The notes beneath the pieces are model-generated. The model made no database searches, had not been told where the DNA came from, and saw nothing but the letters and a program-made list of their open reading frames with translations. A stretch of DNA of 61,240 bases, the filler included. It is 3 parts of 3 records of this genome, joined end to end, with 100 filler letters (N's around TTAATTAATTAA, not from the genome) between each part and the next. Parts side by side here need not be neighbours in the genome. Positions count along the whole stretch, not along the records: positions 27,387 to 51,170 come from DRR723986_4698; 2 more parts are not named here. One strand, 5' to 3'. The translations under genes were made by a program, and so were the position numbers. Shown here piece after piece: positions 37,808 through 47,228 of the stretch. How positions within the stretch are numbered: position 1 is the first letter of the stretch; each line of letters opens with the position of its first letter.

Positions 37808-40233
37808 TGGTGTTCTCCGGTTTTCGAAGCCTCTGCTGCGGGTGCATTGCCGCGATCCCTTCGGGGGTCTGGGCGCAGGAACCCACGGTGGAAGACGTGG
37901 CACGGATGATCGCTCAGCTGTCTGCCCAGGTCGAAGCCGCCGAAGCGATACCTTTCCCTGAAAGTTCGGAGGGCGCCGCGCAGGCCAGACTTTCGGCGAT
38001 GACCGACAGGCTTCAGTCACTGGAGGCGGTCTTGGCCGAAAGCGAGGCCATTTCCACGGACGCCACGGCGAGGATCGTCGCCGCCTTGCCCCAGTTCCCC
38101 GCGGCGCGGCCCGTCGTACGGCCGGAACCGCCGGCCCCTGACCCGGAACCGCAACCGGAACCGCAACCGGCGTCGCAGCGGGAGCCGGAACCGGCATCGC
38201 AACCCGAGCCGGAGCCAAACCGGGAGCCTGAGCCTGCACCGCAACCCGAGCCGCAGCCGGACCCGACCCTGCAGGTCGAGAATTTGCCCGCTCTGGACAC
38301 GCTGACCGAACCTCTGGCCTTTGGCGAACGGGCGCGGCGCGTCCTGTCCAGACCGGGGGCGGAGCTTGTGACCGCGGCGGGGGACACCAAGGCTCTGCCC
38401 GCCTTTTCGGTGCTCTACGTCTTTGCCGAAGCAGGCGACCCGGAGAACCGGCTTCTTGCCGTCGGGCGCAGCACACGGGGTGCCGATGGCTGGGTGCCCG
38501 CATCCCGCACCGAAGACTGGCAAACGATGCTCGTCATGTCCTATGCGCCCTCGACCGGGCGCGACCGAACCGTCTTCTTCAGTTCGGCCGATGACGTGCT
38601 GGATATCCTCGATCTCGAAGAGGGCTCGAAGGACGCCATTCGGCAGATACACGATCGGATATCGAACGGGGCCTACGATCCCGACAGGATCGTGGCGATC
38701 GAGCCAGCCTTCACGGTCGACAGTGTCGAACGTCCCTATCTGATGCCCGTGCTCGATTTCCTGCAGACGAGCACGGAAACCCATGGCGACGTCACCATCC
38801 TGCAACTTGCGGCGCTCAATCGGGACAGCACCGATGTGGCGACGACCGGCAGGCAACCCGTCGGGCAGGTCCGGATCACGACCGAGGCCGACGACGCGGA
38901 GTTTCGGATCGGGATTGCATTCGTCATCGACACGACACGGTCCATGGGGCCCTACATCGACAGGGCCAAGGAATTCGTGCGCGAGATATCGACCGGGCTG
39001 GGCGACCGGGGGCTTCAGGATCGCTTCGATTTCGCGCTGGTGGGCTACCGCGACAATCCGGAGGCGGCCGAGGGGGTCGGCTATCTTCGGCGGGTCTACC
39101 GGGATTTCGAAAGGCCCGACGAGCAGACGACCCTGTTCTCGGACGTCGAGGAGATGCGCCCGGCGGCCAGTTCCACAGCCAACTGGCGCGAGGACGCGTT
39201 TGCCGGCATCGACCTTGCCATCGGCGGCCTGAACTGGGACGCGGTCGATACACGGCTGGTCTTTCTGATCACCGACGCGTCGCCCCGGTCGGTCGGCGAC
39301 AGTCTGGCAGCCAATGCCCAGATGGGGCCGGAGACCATCAACGCCTTGGCCGCACAGCGCAACATCTCGCTGTTCGTGCTGCACATGCAGACCGAGGAAG
39401 CGGCGCGCGTAAGCCAGAGCAACGAGGGGTACGACGATACGGCGCGCGGCCAAAGCCTGTATCTGCGCATGTCACAGACGGGTGATGCGGCGATTTCGAA
39501 GTACTTCAGCGTCAAGGGAGAGACGGAAGGCGCCTTCGAGAACGCGCTGGACCTGATCTCCGGATTGGTGATCGAGCAACTCAGCCAATTGTCCTCCGGT
39601 GGTCAGCAGGTCGCGAACCCCGGTGTCGCCGACGATCCGTTCCTGGATGCGATCACTGCAGGCGGTGCGGTCCAGATCGCGGACGAGCAGGACGCACCGC
39701 TCGTGGCGGCCGCCGTCGCCGGCGAACTGTTCCGCTACCGGACCGAGTATCTTGGCGCCCGGTCCGGTGTGGAGGCGCCGGACTTCTACCGCGGATGGGC
39801 CGTCGACAGGGACATCGCGAACCCGTCCCGACGGTCGCTCGACGTCAGCGTGTTCGTCACGCGCGAACAGTTGAGCGATCTGGCGAAGCGCCTTGGCGAC
39901 ATCATCACGCGGCTGCGCGAAAAGGACATGGGCATGGGGGATTTCTTCTCTTCGGTGCAGGCGCAGTCCGGCTCTACGGTCGTCGACCCGACCTTCAGAA
40001 GTTTTCTGCCCAGCTACCTGACCGATCTGCCCTACGGCTCGAAGTTCATCAACATGACGCCCAGCACCTGGGACAGCCTCGGCGAGATCGGCCGCGGGCA
40101 GTTGCTCGACGAGGTCGAAGCGAAACTGGCCTCGTACAACCGGATCTACGCGACGCAGGATGGTTGGATTGCGCTGGATGGCCGGGCGACCGAAGATCAG
40201 GTCTATCCGATGCCCCTGCGTGACCTGCCATGA
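37807..40233 (+). CDS. Exported vWA-domain protein resembling the periplasmic part of PpkA, with no kinase domain
   Basis: Signal-like leader, PE/PQ linker, LPAFSVLYV...GWV...GRDR..FF region, MIDAS-like FVIDTTRSMGPYI, LVGYRD, EDAFAGI, FLITDA. Confidence 0.82.
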   Translation: MVFSGFRSLCCGCIAAIPSGVWAQEPTVEDVARMIAQLSAQVEAAEAIPFPESSEGAAQARLSAMTDRLQSLEAVLAESEAISTDATARIVAALPQFPAARPVVRPEPPAPDPEPQPEPQPASQREPEPASQPEPEPNREPEPAPQPEPQPDPTLQVENLPALDTLTEPLAFGERARRVLSRPGAELVTAAGDTKALPAFSVLYVFAEAGDPENRLLAVGRSTRGADGWVPASRTEDWQTMLVMSYAPSTGRDRTVFFSSADDVLDILDLEEGSKDAIRQIHDRISNGAYDPDRIVAIEPAFTVDSVERPYLMPVLDFLQTSTETHGDVTILQLAALNRDSTDVATTGRQPVGQVRITTEADDAEFRIGIAFVIDTTRSMGPYIDRAKEFVREISTGLGDRGLQDRFDFALVGYRDNPEAAEGVGYLRRVYRDFERPDEQTTLFSDVEEMRPAASSTANWREDAFAGIDLAIGGLNWDAVDTRLVFLITDASPRSVGDSLAANAQMGPETINALAAQRNISLFVLHMQTEEAARVSQSNEGYDDTARGQSLYLRMSQTGDAAISKYFSVKGETEGAFENALDLISGLVIEQLSQLSSGGQQVANPGVADDPFLDAITAGGAVQIADEQDAPLVAAAVAGELFRYRTEYLGARSGVEAPDFYRGWAVDRDIANPSRRSLDVSVFVTREQLSDLAKRLGDIITRLREKDMGMGDFFSSVQAQSGSTVVDPTFRSFLPSYLTDLPYGSKFINMTPSTWDSLGEIGRGQLLDEVEAKLASYNRIYATQDGWIALDGRATEDQVYPMPLRDLP
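38122..38265 (+). repeat. Pro/Glu/Gln-rich coding repeat (PEPQ-like) in the vWA gene
   Basis: Degenerate CCGGAACCGCAA units encoding PEPPAPDPEPQPEPQPASQREPEPASQPEPEPNREPEPAPQPEPQPDP. Confidence 0.8.
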
Positions 40234-40952
40234 CCGCCGTGCTGTCCATCAGGGACATGAGGATCGCGGTCGGCAGCCATCCGGACAACCGTTTCGAACT
40301 CGATGTGCCCGCTCTCGATCTTCAGGCGGGGCGATATGTTGCCGCGGTGGGGCCCTCGGGCTGCGGCAAATCAACCTTTCTGGAAGTGATCGCCCTGTTG
40401 CGGCGGCCCGAGCGTCTGCGGACGTTCCAGTTGTATCTGGGGCCGGACAGGGGATCCCTCGACCTCGGAGCCGGCACGGACTGGACTCATCTCCGCCGGG
40501 GACCGATCGGGTACATCCCGCAATCCGGCGGTGTGCTGCCGTTCCTGACGGCACGGGACCACGTCCACGCCCCGCTCCGCATGGCGGGCGCGGATCGCCC
40601 GCCACAGGCCGAGCACCGGCTGCGCCTTTTGTCACGCGATCTGGAGATCGAGCCGCATCTCGGCAAGCGACGGGCCGAGCTTTCGGGAGGGCAGCGCAAA
40701 AGGGTCGCACTTCTGGCGGGTCTGTCCCTACCCCGAAGGCTCCTGATTGCCGACGAACCCACTGCGGGACTGGATGCCAAGATGGCCAAGCGCGTCCTGC
40801 AAACCCTCGCAGGCATCGCGGAGCGCGAGGGAACCGCCGTCGTGATTGCGACACATGATGTCGAGATCGCGCAGGGCGCAGGCTTCGACCTGCTCTCCAT
40901 CACGGACCGGGTCGTGCGGCCAGTCGCGTCGGAGGAGCGGGCGCATGCCTGA
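40230..40952 (+). CDS. ABC ATPase, LolD/MacB type (TagT-like)
   Basis: GPSGCGKST, LSGGQRKRV, LIADEPTAGLD, ATHD. Confidence 0.9.
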   Translation: MTAVLSIRDMRIAVGSHPDNRFELDVPALDLQAGRYVAAVGPSGCGKSTFLEVIALLRRPERLRTFQLYLGPDRGSLDLGAGTDWTHLRRGPIGYIPQSGGVLPFLTARDHVHAPLRMAGADRPPQAEHRLRLLSRDLEIEPHLGKRRAELSGGQRKRVALLAGLSLPRRLLIADEPTAGLDAKMAKRVLQTLAGIAEREGTAVVIATHDVEIAQGAGFDLLSITDRVVRPVASEERAHA

Positions 40953-42180
40953 AACCGGGCTCGGGAACAACCTGCTGGCTGCGGAGGGCTCGGCCGCGCG
41001 CTTCGCCCTCGCCGACATGCTGCATGATCGCAGGCTGACGCTGGTCGGCATCGTTTTGCTGGCCGCACTGATGGCTCCGCCTTTCGTCCTGCACAGCCTC
41101 CGCGTCGGCCTTGTGGAGACCTGGGCACGGGATCTGGCGCGCGACATCCGCAACCGTGAAATCGTCATCGTCGGCGAGAACAAGATCGCGCCGGGGGATC
41201 TGGCCACCATATCCGACTGGCCTCAGACCGGCTTCGTCGTTCCGGAGCCGTCGTTCTTCGTATCGACGCAACGGGTCAGAAAGGCGGACACGCGCGGCGT
41301 GTCCATCGACCTGAACTTGCGGACCAGCGCTTTCGGCGATCCGGTCATGCAAGGGTTTGCCGAAACCCCGCTGGAGCCGCTGGATATCGTGCTTTCCGCG
41401 CGCGCGGCGGAACGGCTCGGCGTGGTGCCGGGCGATCGTGTGACGGTGTTTCTCGCCCGCACACCATCCGGTGGCGAACCCGTACGGCAGGCCGTCGACA
41501 TGACGATCCGTCGGGTGCTGCCCGCGCAACGCTGGGCCGATACCAGCGGGTTCGTTTCGCCGGAAACCTTGCTGGGATTCCGCGATTGGTTGTCCTTCGT
41601 GACGGATGATCCGCTCGATGCCGGGCAACCGGCGCAGGCGGTCTGGCAATCCCTGCGCATCTACGCGCCGACGGTCGCCGAAGCTCCGGCGCTTCGGGAC
41701 AGGCTGGACGCCTTCGGGTTCGAGACCCGGCTGATGACGGATCAGGTCGACCGGATCCTCAAGCTCGAGACGGGGTTGCGCAGCATTTTCCGTATCGTCC
41801 TTGCCCTGTCGGCGACCGCATTCGTGATCACGGCTTTCCTGCTGCAATGGATCGGCGTCATGCGAAAGAAACGCGATTTCGCCCTGATGACGGTTTTCGG
41901 GATGACCCGCGCCCAGATCATGGTGTTTCCGGTCACGCAAGGCGTGCTGATGGCGGCTGTCGCCGGTCTTTTGGCGCTTGCCCTCGTAGCCGGGATGCAA
42001 GCGCCGGTCGCGACCATCGTTCAAGGGTATCTGTCAACGCCAGCCACCGTTCAGACACCTGCGTTCCCGCCGCTGGTCGGCGGTCTTGCCGTGGCGATGC
42101 TGATCGGCGCCGGAGCCGGAATGGCGGCGATCCGCATGTTGACGGCGGATGATCTTTCCCAAGCGCTGCGAGGAGATTGA
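40945..42180 (+). CDS. ABC permease, FtsX/LolE type (TagS-like)
   Basis: ATG 40945 after GGAGGAG; TM + large periplasmic loop (LSARAAERLGVVPGD) + three C-terminal TMs. Confidence 0.85.
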   Translation: MPETGLGNNLLAAEGSAARFALADMLHDRRLTLVGIVLLAALMAPPFVLHSLRVGLVETWARDLARDIRNREIVIVGENKIAPGDLATISDWPQTGFVVPEPSFFVSTQRVRKADTRGVSIDLNLRTSAFGDPVMQGFAETPLEPLDIVLSARAAERLGVVPGDRVTVFLARTPSGGEPVRQAVDMTIRRVLPAQRWADTSGFVSPETLLGFRDWLSFVTDDPLDAGQPAQAVWQSLRIYAPTVAEAPALRDRLDAFGFETRLMTDQVDRILKLETGLRSIFRIVLALSATAFVITAFLLQWIGVMRKKRDFALMTVFGMTRAQIMVFPVTQGVLMAAVAGLLALALVAGMQAPVATIVQGYLSTPATVQTPAFPPLVGGLAVAMLIGAGAGMAAIRMLTADDLSQALRGD

Positions 42181-42183
42181 GGG

Positions 42184-44091
42184 ATGTGGATACATCAAGA
42201 TACGCCGGGTGTCGCTACTGCCATTCTGCTTGCCGCGATGCTCGGTTCCGGAGCCCCGTCCTCGGCGGAGCCCGCCCCGCCCCCCGTCATCGCGGAAAAC
42301 TGGTGCGAGCTCGACGCGCCGGGGGTCTGGCGCCAGTCCCGCCTGGAGGGTCCGGGAGCCTGCCCCGCCGCCCTGCCGGTGCCCGAGATGCCGAAGGATC
42401 TGGTCATTCCGCTGCCCTGCGGCCGCCATCTGGTGCTGAAGCGGCTCGACACGCCGGCCAGTACCATTCTCGATCATGTGGTCGGAACGCTTGGCGGAGC
42501 AGGCGAAGCAGGCCTGATGCAGCGATATCTTCAGGGAAGCCGAACCGAAGCCATCGCCGGTGGATACACGATTGCCGCGGACGGCGGGGGCGGCCTGATC
42601 GCGCGGGCCATCTACGTCCAGAGCCACGAGTGGACCGAATTGCAGGACACCCTCTTCACCAGCGGTACCCTTGCGGCTTGGTCACGAGACGAGGCGCCTG
42701 CGCGGGCGGTGAACGACGAAGTCTGCGCCGGTCCCATCGCACAAGCCGAGGAGACGCGGTGGCGCGACGTGCGCCCTCGGACCGGCCTCAGTTTCTTCGA
42801 TGCACAGGACCGGCTTCGGGCCCTGAACGCCTACCTCGCCGCGGAAAGCAGGCGTCGGATCGCAGCCGGAGACCACCCCCTCGTGCCATGGGAAGCGGGC
42901 TCTCCCGGGTTTCTGCGGCTGCCGTCCGAAACCGAATGGGAGTTCGCCGCACGCGGCGGGGCGGTCGGCATCGGCGTGAACGCGCAAATCGCGACCTACC
43001 TGATCCGCGAACCGGAGACCGGCGCCGTCCGCGCCGCGGAACTGGAGGAAATCGCCGTCATCAGCGACGGCACGTCGCGCCGGACCTTCGCCGGCGTGGG
43101 CGGCAAGCACCCCAATCTCGCCGGCCTGTTCGACATGGTCGGCAATGCGTCCGAAATCACGCAGGACCTGTTCCGTATCGTCCGGCCGGATGCCCTTCAC
43201 GGCGCGCACGGTGGCTTTGTCCTGCGGGGGGGCCATGCGCTGACACCGCTCGCGATGTCCGGCGTCGCTCATCGGGCCGAGGCGCCGTTCTTCGGAATCG
43301 ATGGCGAGGTCGCCCCCGCACCCGCGGGCCTGCGCATGATCCTCAACCCGCCCATCCTGACCGCCGGAGCGCCGAAGCCCGGCACCTACCAGACCGACCT
43401 GCAGAACGTACAGTTCGAGGAGGACCTCGCGCAGGCGCATCAACGTCTCGTGGAAATTCGCCAGACACCGGGCGCGGCCTTCCGATCCGAGGCAAGGGCC
43501 CTTCTGGCCGCGGTAGGGCAAAGCACCCCCGAAAGGGCGGATCTGCAAAGGCAACTCGAGCGGGTCGAGATCGCCCTCGAACAATCGGAAAGCGCCATCA
43601 ACGCGGCGCGGCGCTCTGAACTGGCGGCGATGATCCGCTCTGCCGCGACCGGCATCCTGAATATCCGCGTCAACGGCGTGATGGGTGTGACGATCCTCCA
43701 GCATCTGCCCGAGCTTCGCGCGATGGTGGCGGAAAACAAGGAACTGGCAGACCACCCGGAAGGCCAACGCCTGCTGGACGCGATCTCCGCCAGAGAACGC
43801 GAACTGGATGCCCGGCTTGCCATGATCGACAGCCAGACGCGAACGGTGCTCTCCCTCGTGCGCACCATCGCGGCGGAGGATCCGATCCTGGTCCGCGACG
43901 TTCTGGGGCAGGTCAAGGACGACATCGCCGCCGAGGGTCTCTGGCTTTACGAGGAACGGTCATGGCCGCTGTTCGACCAGGCTCTTGCGGACTACCAGCA
44001 GGACCCCGCGGCGGAACTCTTCGACACTTACCTGCCGCTTTTCGACAGCGCCCGACCGACGCGCGACCGTCTGCGCCTTGAAAACCCGTAA
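42184..44091 (+). CDS. Formylglycine-generating enzyme (SUMF1) domain protein with C-terminal coiled coil (TagR-like)
   Basis: Signal peptide, PLPCG, FLRLPSETEWEFAARGG, PNLAGLFDMVGNASE, VLRGG. Confidence 0.85.
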   Translation: MWIHQDTPGVATAILLAAMLGSGAPSSAEPAPPPVIAENWCELDAPGVWRQSRLEGPGACPAALPVPEMPKDLVIPLPCGRHLVLKRLDTPASTILDHVVGTLGGAGEAGLMQRYLQGSRTEAIAGGYTIAADGGGGLIARAIYVQSHEWTELQDTLFTSGTLAAWSRDEAPARAVNDEVCAGPIAQAEETRWRDVRPRTGLSFFDAQDRLRALNAYLAAESRRRIAAGDHPLVPWEAGSPGFLRLPSETEWEFAARGGAVGIGVNAQIATYLIREPETGAVRAAELEEIAVISDGTSRRTFAGVGGKHPNLAGLFDMVGNASEITQDLFRIVRPDALHGAHGGFVLRGGHALTPLAMSGVAHRAEAPFFGIDGEVAPAPAGLRMILNPPILTAGAPKPGTYQTDLQNVQFEEDLAQAHQRLVEIRQTPGAAFRSEARALLAAVGQSTPERADLQRQLERVEIALEQSESAINAARRSELAAMIRSAATGILNIRVNGVMGVTILQHLPELRAMVAENKELADHPEGQRLLDAISARERELDARLAMIDSQTRTVLSLVRTIAAEDPILVRDVLGQVKDDIAAEGLWLYEERSWPLFDQALADYQQDPAAELFDTYLPLFDSARPTRDRLRLENP

Positions 44092-44124
44092 CCGCCCGAA
44101 ACAGACCGAGGGAGATAGAAGAGA

Positions 44125-44976
44125 ATGCATTTCAAGACCATGGCTCGGAGGTCGTTCAAATGGGCGAACATCGCGCTCGTTTCCGCGGCGCTCGTCCTGA
44201 CGGGCTGCACCGCCTTGCCGACGACGCAGGAAATGGCCGTCACGCAGGACGAATGCACGCGGTTCCGGACCCCATTCACCGAGATCGCCGCGGAACGGAA
44301 GAAGCGGATCGAACGCTATGCAGCCATCGGTGCCACGGTTGGCGCGGTGGTGGGGCAGCAGGCGGCGCGCCGCAGGAACGAGAACCCGATCGCGGGCGCC
44401 CTCGTCGGCGCGCTGGCCGGAGCCGCCTTGGGCGCGACTGGCGGATATCTGAGCGATCTTCAGAAACGTTCGTCGACGACCGCCGGTCTGCAGAAGACGG
44501 TGGCTGGTGACGCCTCGCGCGACCTGCGCCAGACCGACGCCCTGGTCGTCGCGATGACCTCTCTCAATCGCTGCCGCCTCGAGCAGATATCGAAGGTCGA
44601 ACGGTCGGTCCGCGCTGGGGGAAGCCGCAGCGCCGCGACCGCGCAGATCCGCTCCATCCGGCAGAAGGTCGATGTGGACAACCGCATCATCCGCTCTGTC
44701 GTTGGCGATCTCACTCGGACACGCAATCTGTATATCGGCGCGCTGAAGCAGACTGGCGCGGATACGGACGGATATGTCGCGTCCATCCAGCGGTACAAGC
44801 CGCAGGCGACCACGCCGCAGCAGACCGCCCTGCGGGTCGACACGTCGCGGCGGCCGAAGACCGGCAACCCGGTCGCAAAACTCGGCTATGCCGAGAAGGA
44901 GCTGAGCGCGGGGGCAGAGGCGCACGCCAAGACCATCGATGCGGCAATCGACAGACTCGACGCCATGTTGATCTGA
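44125..44976 (+). CDS. tagQ: Glycine-zipper outer-membrane lipoprotein (TagQ-like)
   Basis: Lipobox LTGC, second Cys, GATVGAVVG...GALVGALAGAALGATGGY zipper, later Cys and coiled coil; position after TagT/S/R-like genes. Confidence 0.65.
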   Translation: MHFKTMARRSFKWANIALVSAALVLTGCTALPTTQEMAVTQDECTRFRTPFTEIAAERKKRIERYAAIGATVGAVVGQQAARRRNENPIAGALVGALAGAALGATGGYLSDLQKRSSTTAGLQKTVAGDASRDLRQTDALVVAMTSLNRCRLEQISKVERSVRAGGSRSAATAQIRSIRQKVDVDNRIIRSVVGDLTRTRNLYIGALKQTGADTDGYVASIQRYKPQATTPQQTALRVDTSRRPKTGNPVAKLGYAEKELSAGAEAHAKTIDAAIDRLDAMLI

Positions 44977-44986
44977 GCGAAAGGGC

Positions 44987-45589
44987 ATGAGGCACCGGTT
45001 CCCATTCGCCGCGCTACTGGCTCTGCTGGCCTGCGGAGCTTGCAGCACCCCCCTGCGGACGGAGGTCCAACCACGGATCACCCCGGTGCCATTGCGCATC
45101 GCGACCGCAGGCGGCCTGTCCTGCAACGGCGTGCGACTGGACGAACGGACGGTCGCGACGGCTGCGCATTGCGTGAGCGACGGGACCGCCGTGACGGTGA
45201 TGGAGGCGGGCAGATCCCTGTCCGCCTCCGACGTCGTCCTCCACCCCGGCTACGTCTTGCAGGATCTCGAAACGGCGGCGGGGTTCGATCTTGCGAAGCT
45301 GACGGCGCCCTCCGGTGCCGTGCCGGGCAGGATAGAGATTGCCCCGATTACGCCGGGCCCCGCTTTGCTGACGGCTTTGTCACGGTCCGGGGAACTGGTC
45401 TCGATCGAGTGCCCCTATCTCGGCCGGTCCGGCGCCATCGTCGAATTGACCTGTTCCGTACCGCTGGGCTGGTCGGGGGCGCCGATCCTCCAGAACGGCA
45501 AACTCGTCGGGGTCCTGAGCGCGAGGGGGGCTTCCGGTGCACCGCATGTGGTCCAGATGGCCGATGCGACGCGGCTCGGGACGTTTTGA
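44987..45589 (+). CDS. Trypsin-like serine protease lipoprotein
   Basis: Lipobox-like LLAC/GAC; TAAHC (His), FDLA (Asp), GWSGAP (Ser). Confidence 0.8.
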   Translation: MRHRFPFAALLALLACGACSTPLRTEVQPRITPVPLRIATAGGLSCNGVRLDERTVATAAHCVSDGTAVTVMEAGRSLSASDVVLHPGYVLQDLETAAGFDLAKLTAPSGAVPGRIEIAPITPGPALLTALSRSGELVSIECPYLGRSGAIVELTCSVPLGWSGAPILQNGKLVGVLSARGASGAPHVVQMADATRLGTF

Positions 45590-45684
45590 ATGGCGCGTCT
45601 GCGGTTCCGGATGCGCGGGCGCCCGGATCAAGCAGAGCACGCGATGACGAAGAACGGATGCGGCACATCCGGGAAAGGGATCAC

Positions 45685-46542
45685 ATGAGGAAGAAGACAT
45701 CCATCGACGGGCTTCTGATCGCGGTTTGCGCGATTCCGCTCATGTCGGCAGGGCATTCCGCCTACGCGGAGGCCGATATCGAAGCGGTGACATCCATCGT
45801 CGACGCCTGCGACATTCTCGCGGCGTCGCCGGATGATCCGCTGCGCGTCGCGCCGGGCGTGCCGGACGAAGCCATGGTGCCGCGACTGGCCGAAACGGCC
45901 TGCGCGCTTGCGCTGGAAGACAGCCAGGACGTCGCCCGCCACGCCTATCAATTGGGCCGGGCGAAGCTGGAGCTTGGCAAGTACGACGATGCGCTGGTCC
46001 TGTTCGAACGCGCGGCCGCGGCCGGGTCGGCGATGGCATATCTCTCGATCGGCGACGCGCATCACTTTGGCTGGGCCGGCGAGGTCGATCCTCAGGCCGC
46101 GCGGGCGTCCTACGAAAAGGCGCGCGACCGGGGATTGTTCCTTGGCGACATCGCCCTCGATCAACTGGTGTTCGCGCCCGACATCTTCACGACCGGACCG
46201 ATGCTCGACGTGCTCTATCGCAGGGACATCGCAACCGCCGCGGAATACGCGCGAAGCGACCTTGCGCGGTCCTATCTCTATGCCTTCGCCGTGGAACTTT
46301 CGGACGCCTGCGGGTCGTTTCTCTTGCCCCCGTCCGTGGGCGCGCTTCAGTCCTACCGCTTTCCGCCGGGCTGGACGGAGGCCTCCGAGCAAAGCAACAC
46401 CGAACTCGGGGTTCAGGACGTCAAGGCCACCTACGACGTGGAGGTTCTCGTCGACAGGCACGGCTGCAACGGCCATGTGGTCGAGACGATCGCGCTGGCG
46501 TTCAACGAGATGCTCGCGCTGCTGTCGGAGGAACCACGGTGA
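45685..46542 (+). CDS. Exported Sel1/TPR-repeat protein
   Basis: ATG 45685; signal peptide ending AYA; CD.LAA.P.DP...PGV...AC...R..YQLGRA then Sel1-like repeats. Confidence 0.8.
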   Translation: MRKKTSIDGLLIAVCAIPLMSAGHSAYAEADIEAVTSIVDACDILAASPDDPLRVAPGVPDEAMVPRLAETACALALEDSQDVARHAYQLGRAKLELGKYDDALVLFERAAAAGSAMAYLSIGDAHHFGWAGEVDPQAARASYEKARDRGLFLGDIALDQLVFAPDIFTTGPMLDVLYRRDIATAAEYARSDLARSYLYAFAVELSDACGSFLLPPSVGALQSYRFPPGWTEASEQSNTELGVQDVKATYDVEVLVDRHGCNGHVVETIALAFNEMLALLSEEPR

Positions 46543-47228
46543 TCGGTCTCGTCGCGCCTCTCTTCCTCGCCTGCAGCGGCCTGTGCGCCGAGGCTTCGGC
46601 CGAGCGGGAACAGCCCCTCCTTCTTGCAGAGCAACAAGCCGGACCCGGAAACCCCTTCCTCTCAAAGCCGGAAAGCAACGAGCCCCGCACCCGGACCGAA
46701 GACGCCGGTCCGTTCGGCGGCAGCTCGCAACCCGGCCTTTCGGTCCCGACCGATTGCGGAGCATCCTCGGGTCTGGGGCGTGCAGACCTCCGCAAGCCTC
46801 ATGTTGCCGAGGCGCTGTGCGCCGGAGCCTTTCACGACCTCGACGACGAATGGTTGTTCGTCCTGAACTACGTGCGCGGCTTCAACGAATTCCTGGAAGA
46901 GCGCGGGTCCTTTCTGGACCCGACCGGCGCCTGTTCCCGCGCCGTAGAGCCGCGCGCATCGCTCGGGCTGGTCTACAGCGTCGTCGATCGCGCCATGTCC
47001 GGCGACCTGAGCGGCTTCGAAGACGACAGGTTGACGGCGATGTTGAAGCCCTTTCAGGAAGATTGGAAACGACTGCCCTTCATCGTCTGGGAATTGAACG
47101 TTTGGAAACGTGAAGGGCGGCTGGACGCGACAAGTGTGGCCTCGAAAGGCATGTGCGCCGATCCGGCGTTTCTCCTCTTCTGGGATAAAGCCATCGAATA
47201 CGTCCAACGCGTTCCGGTGGTGGACTGA
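46539..47228 (+). CDS. Exported hypothetical protein
   Basis: GTG start overlapping previous stop, GGAGG upstream; signal-like leader; several Cys. Confidence 0.65.
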   Translation: MIGLVAPLFLACSGLCAEASAEREQPLLLAEQQAGPGNPFLSKPESNEPRTRTEDAGPFGGSSQPGLSVPTDCGASSGLGRADLRKPHVAEALCAGAFHDLDDEWLFVLNYVRGFNEFLEERGSFLDPTGACSRAVEPRASLGLVYSVVDRAMSGDLSGFEDDRLTAMLKPFQEDWKRLPFIVWELNVWKREGRLDATSVASKGMCADPAFLLFWDKAIEYVQRVPVVD

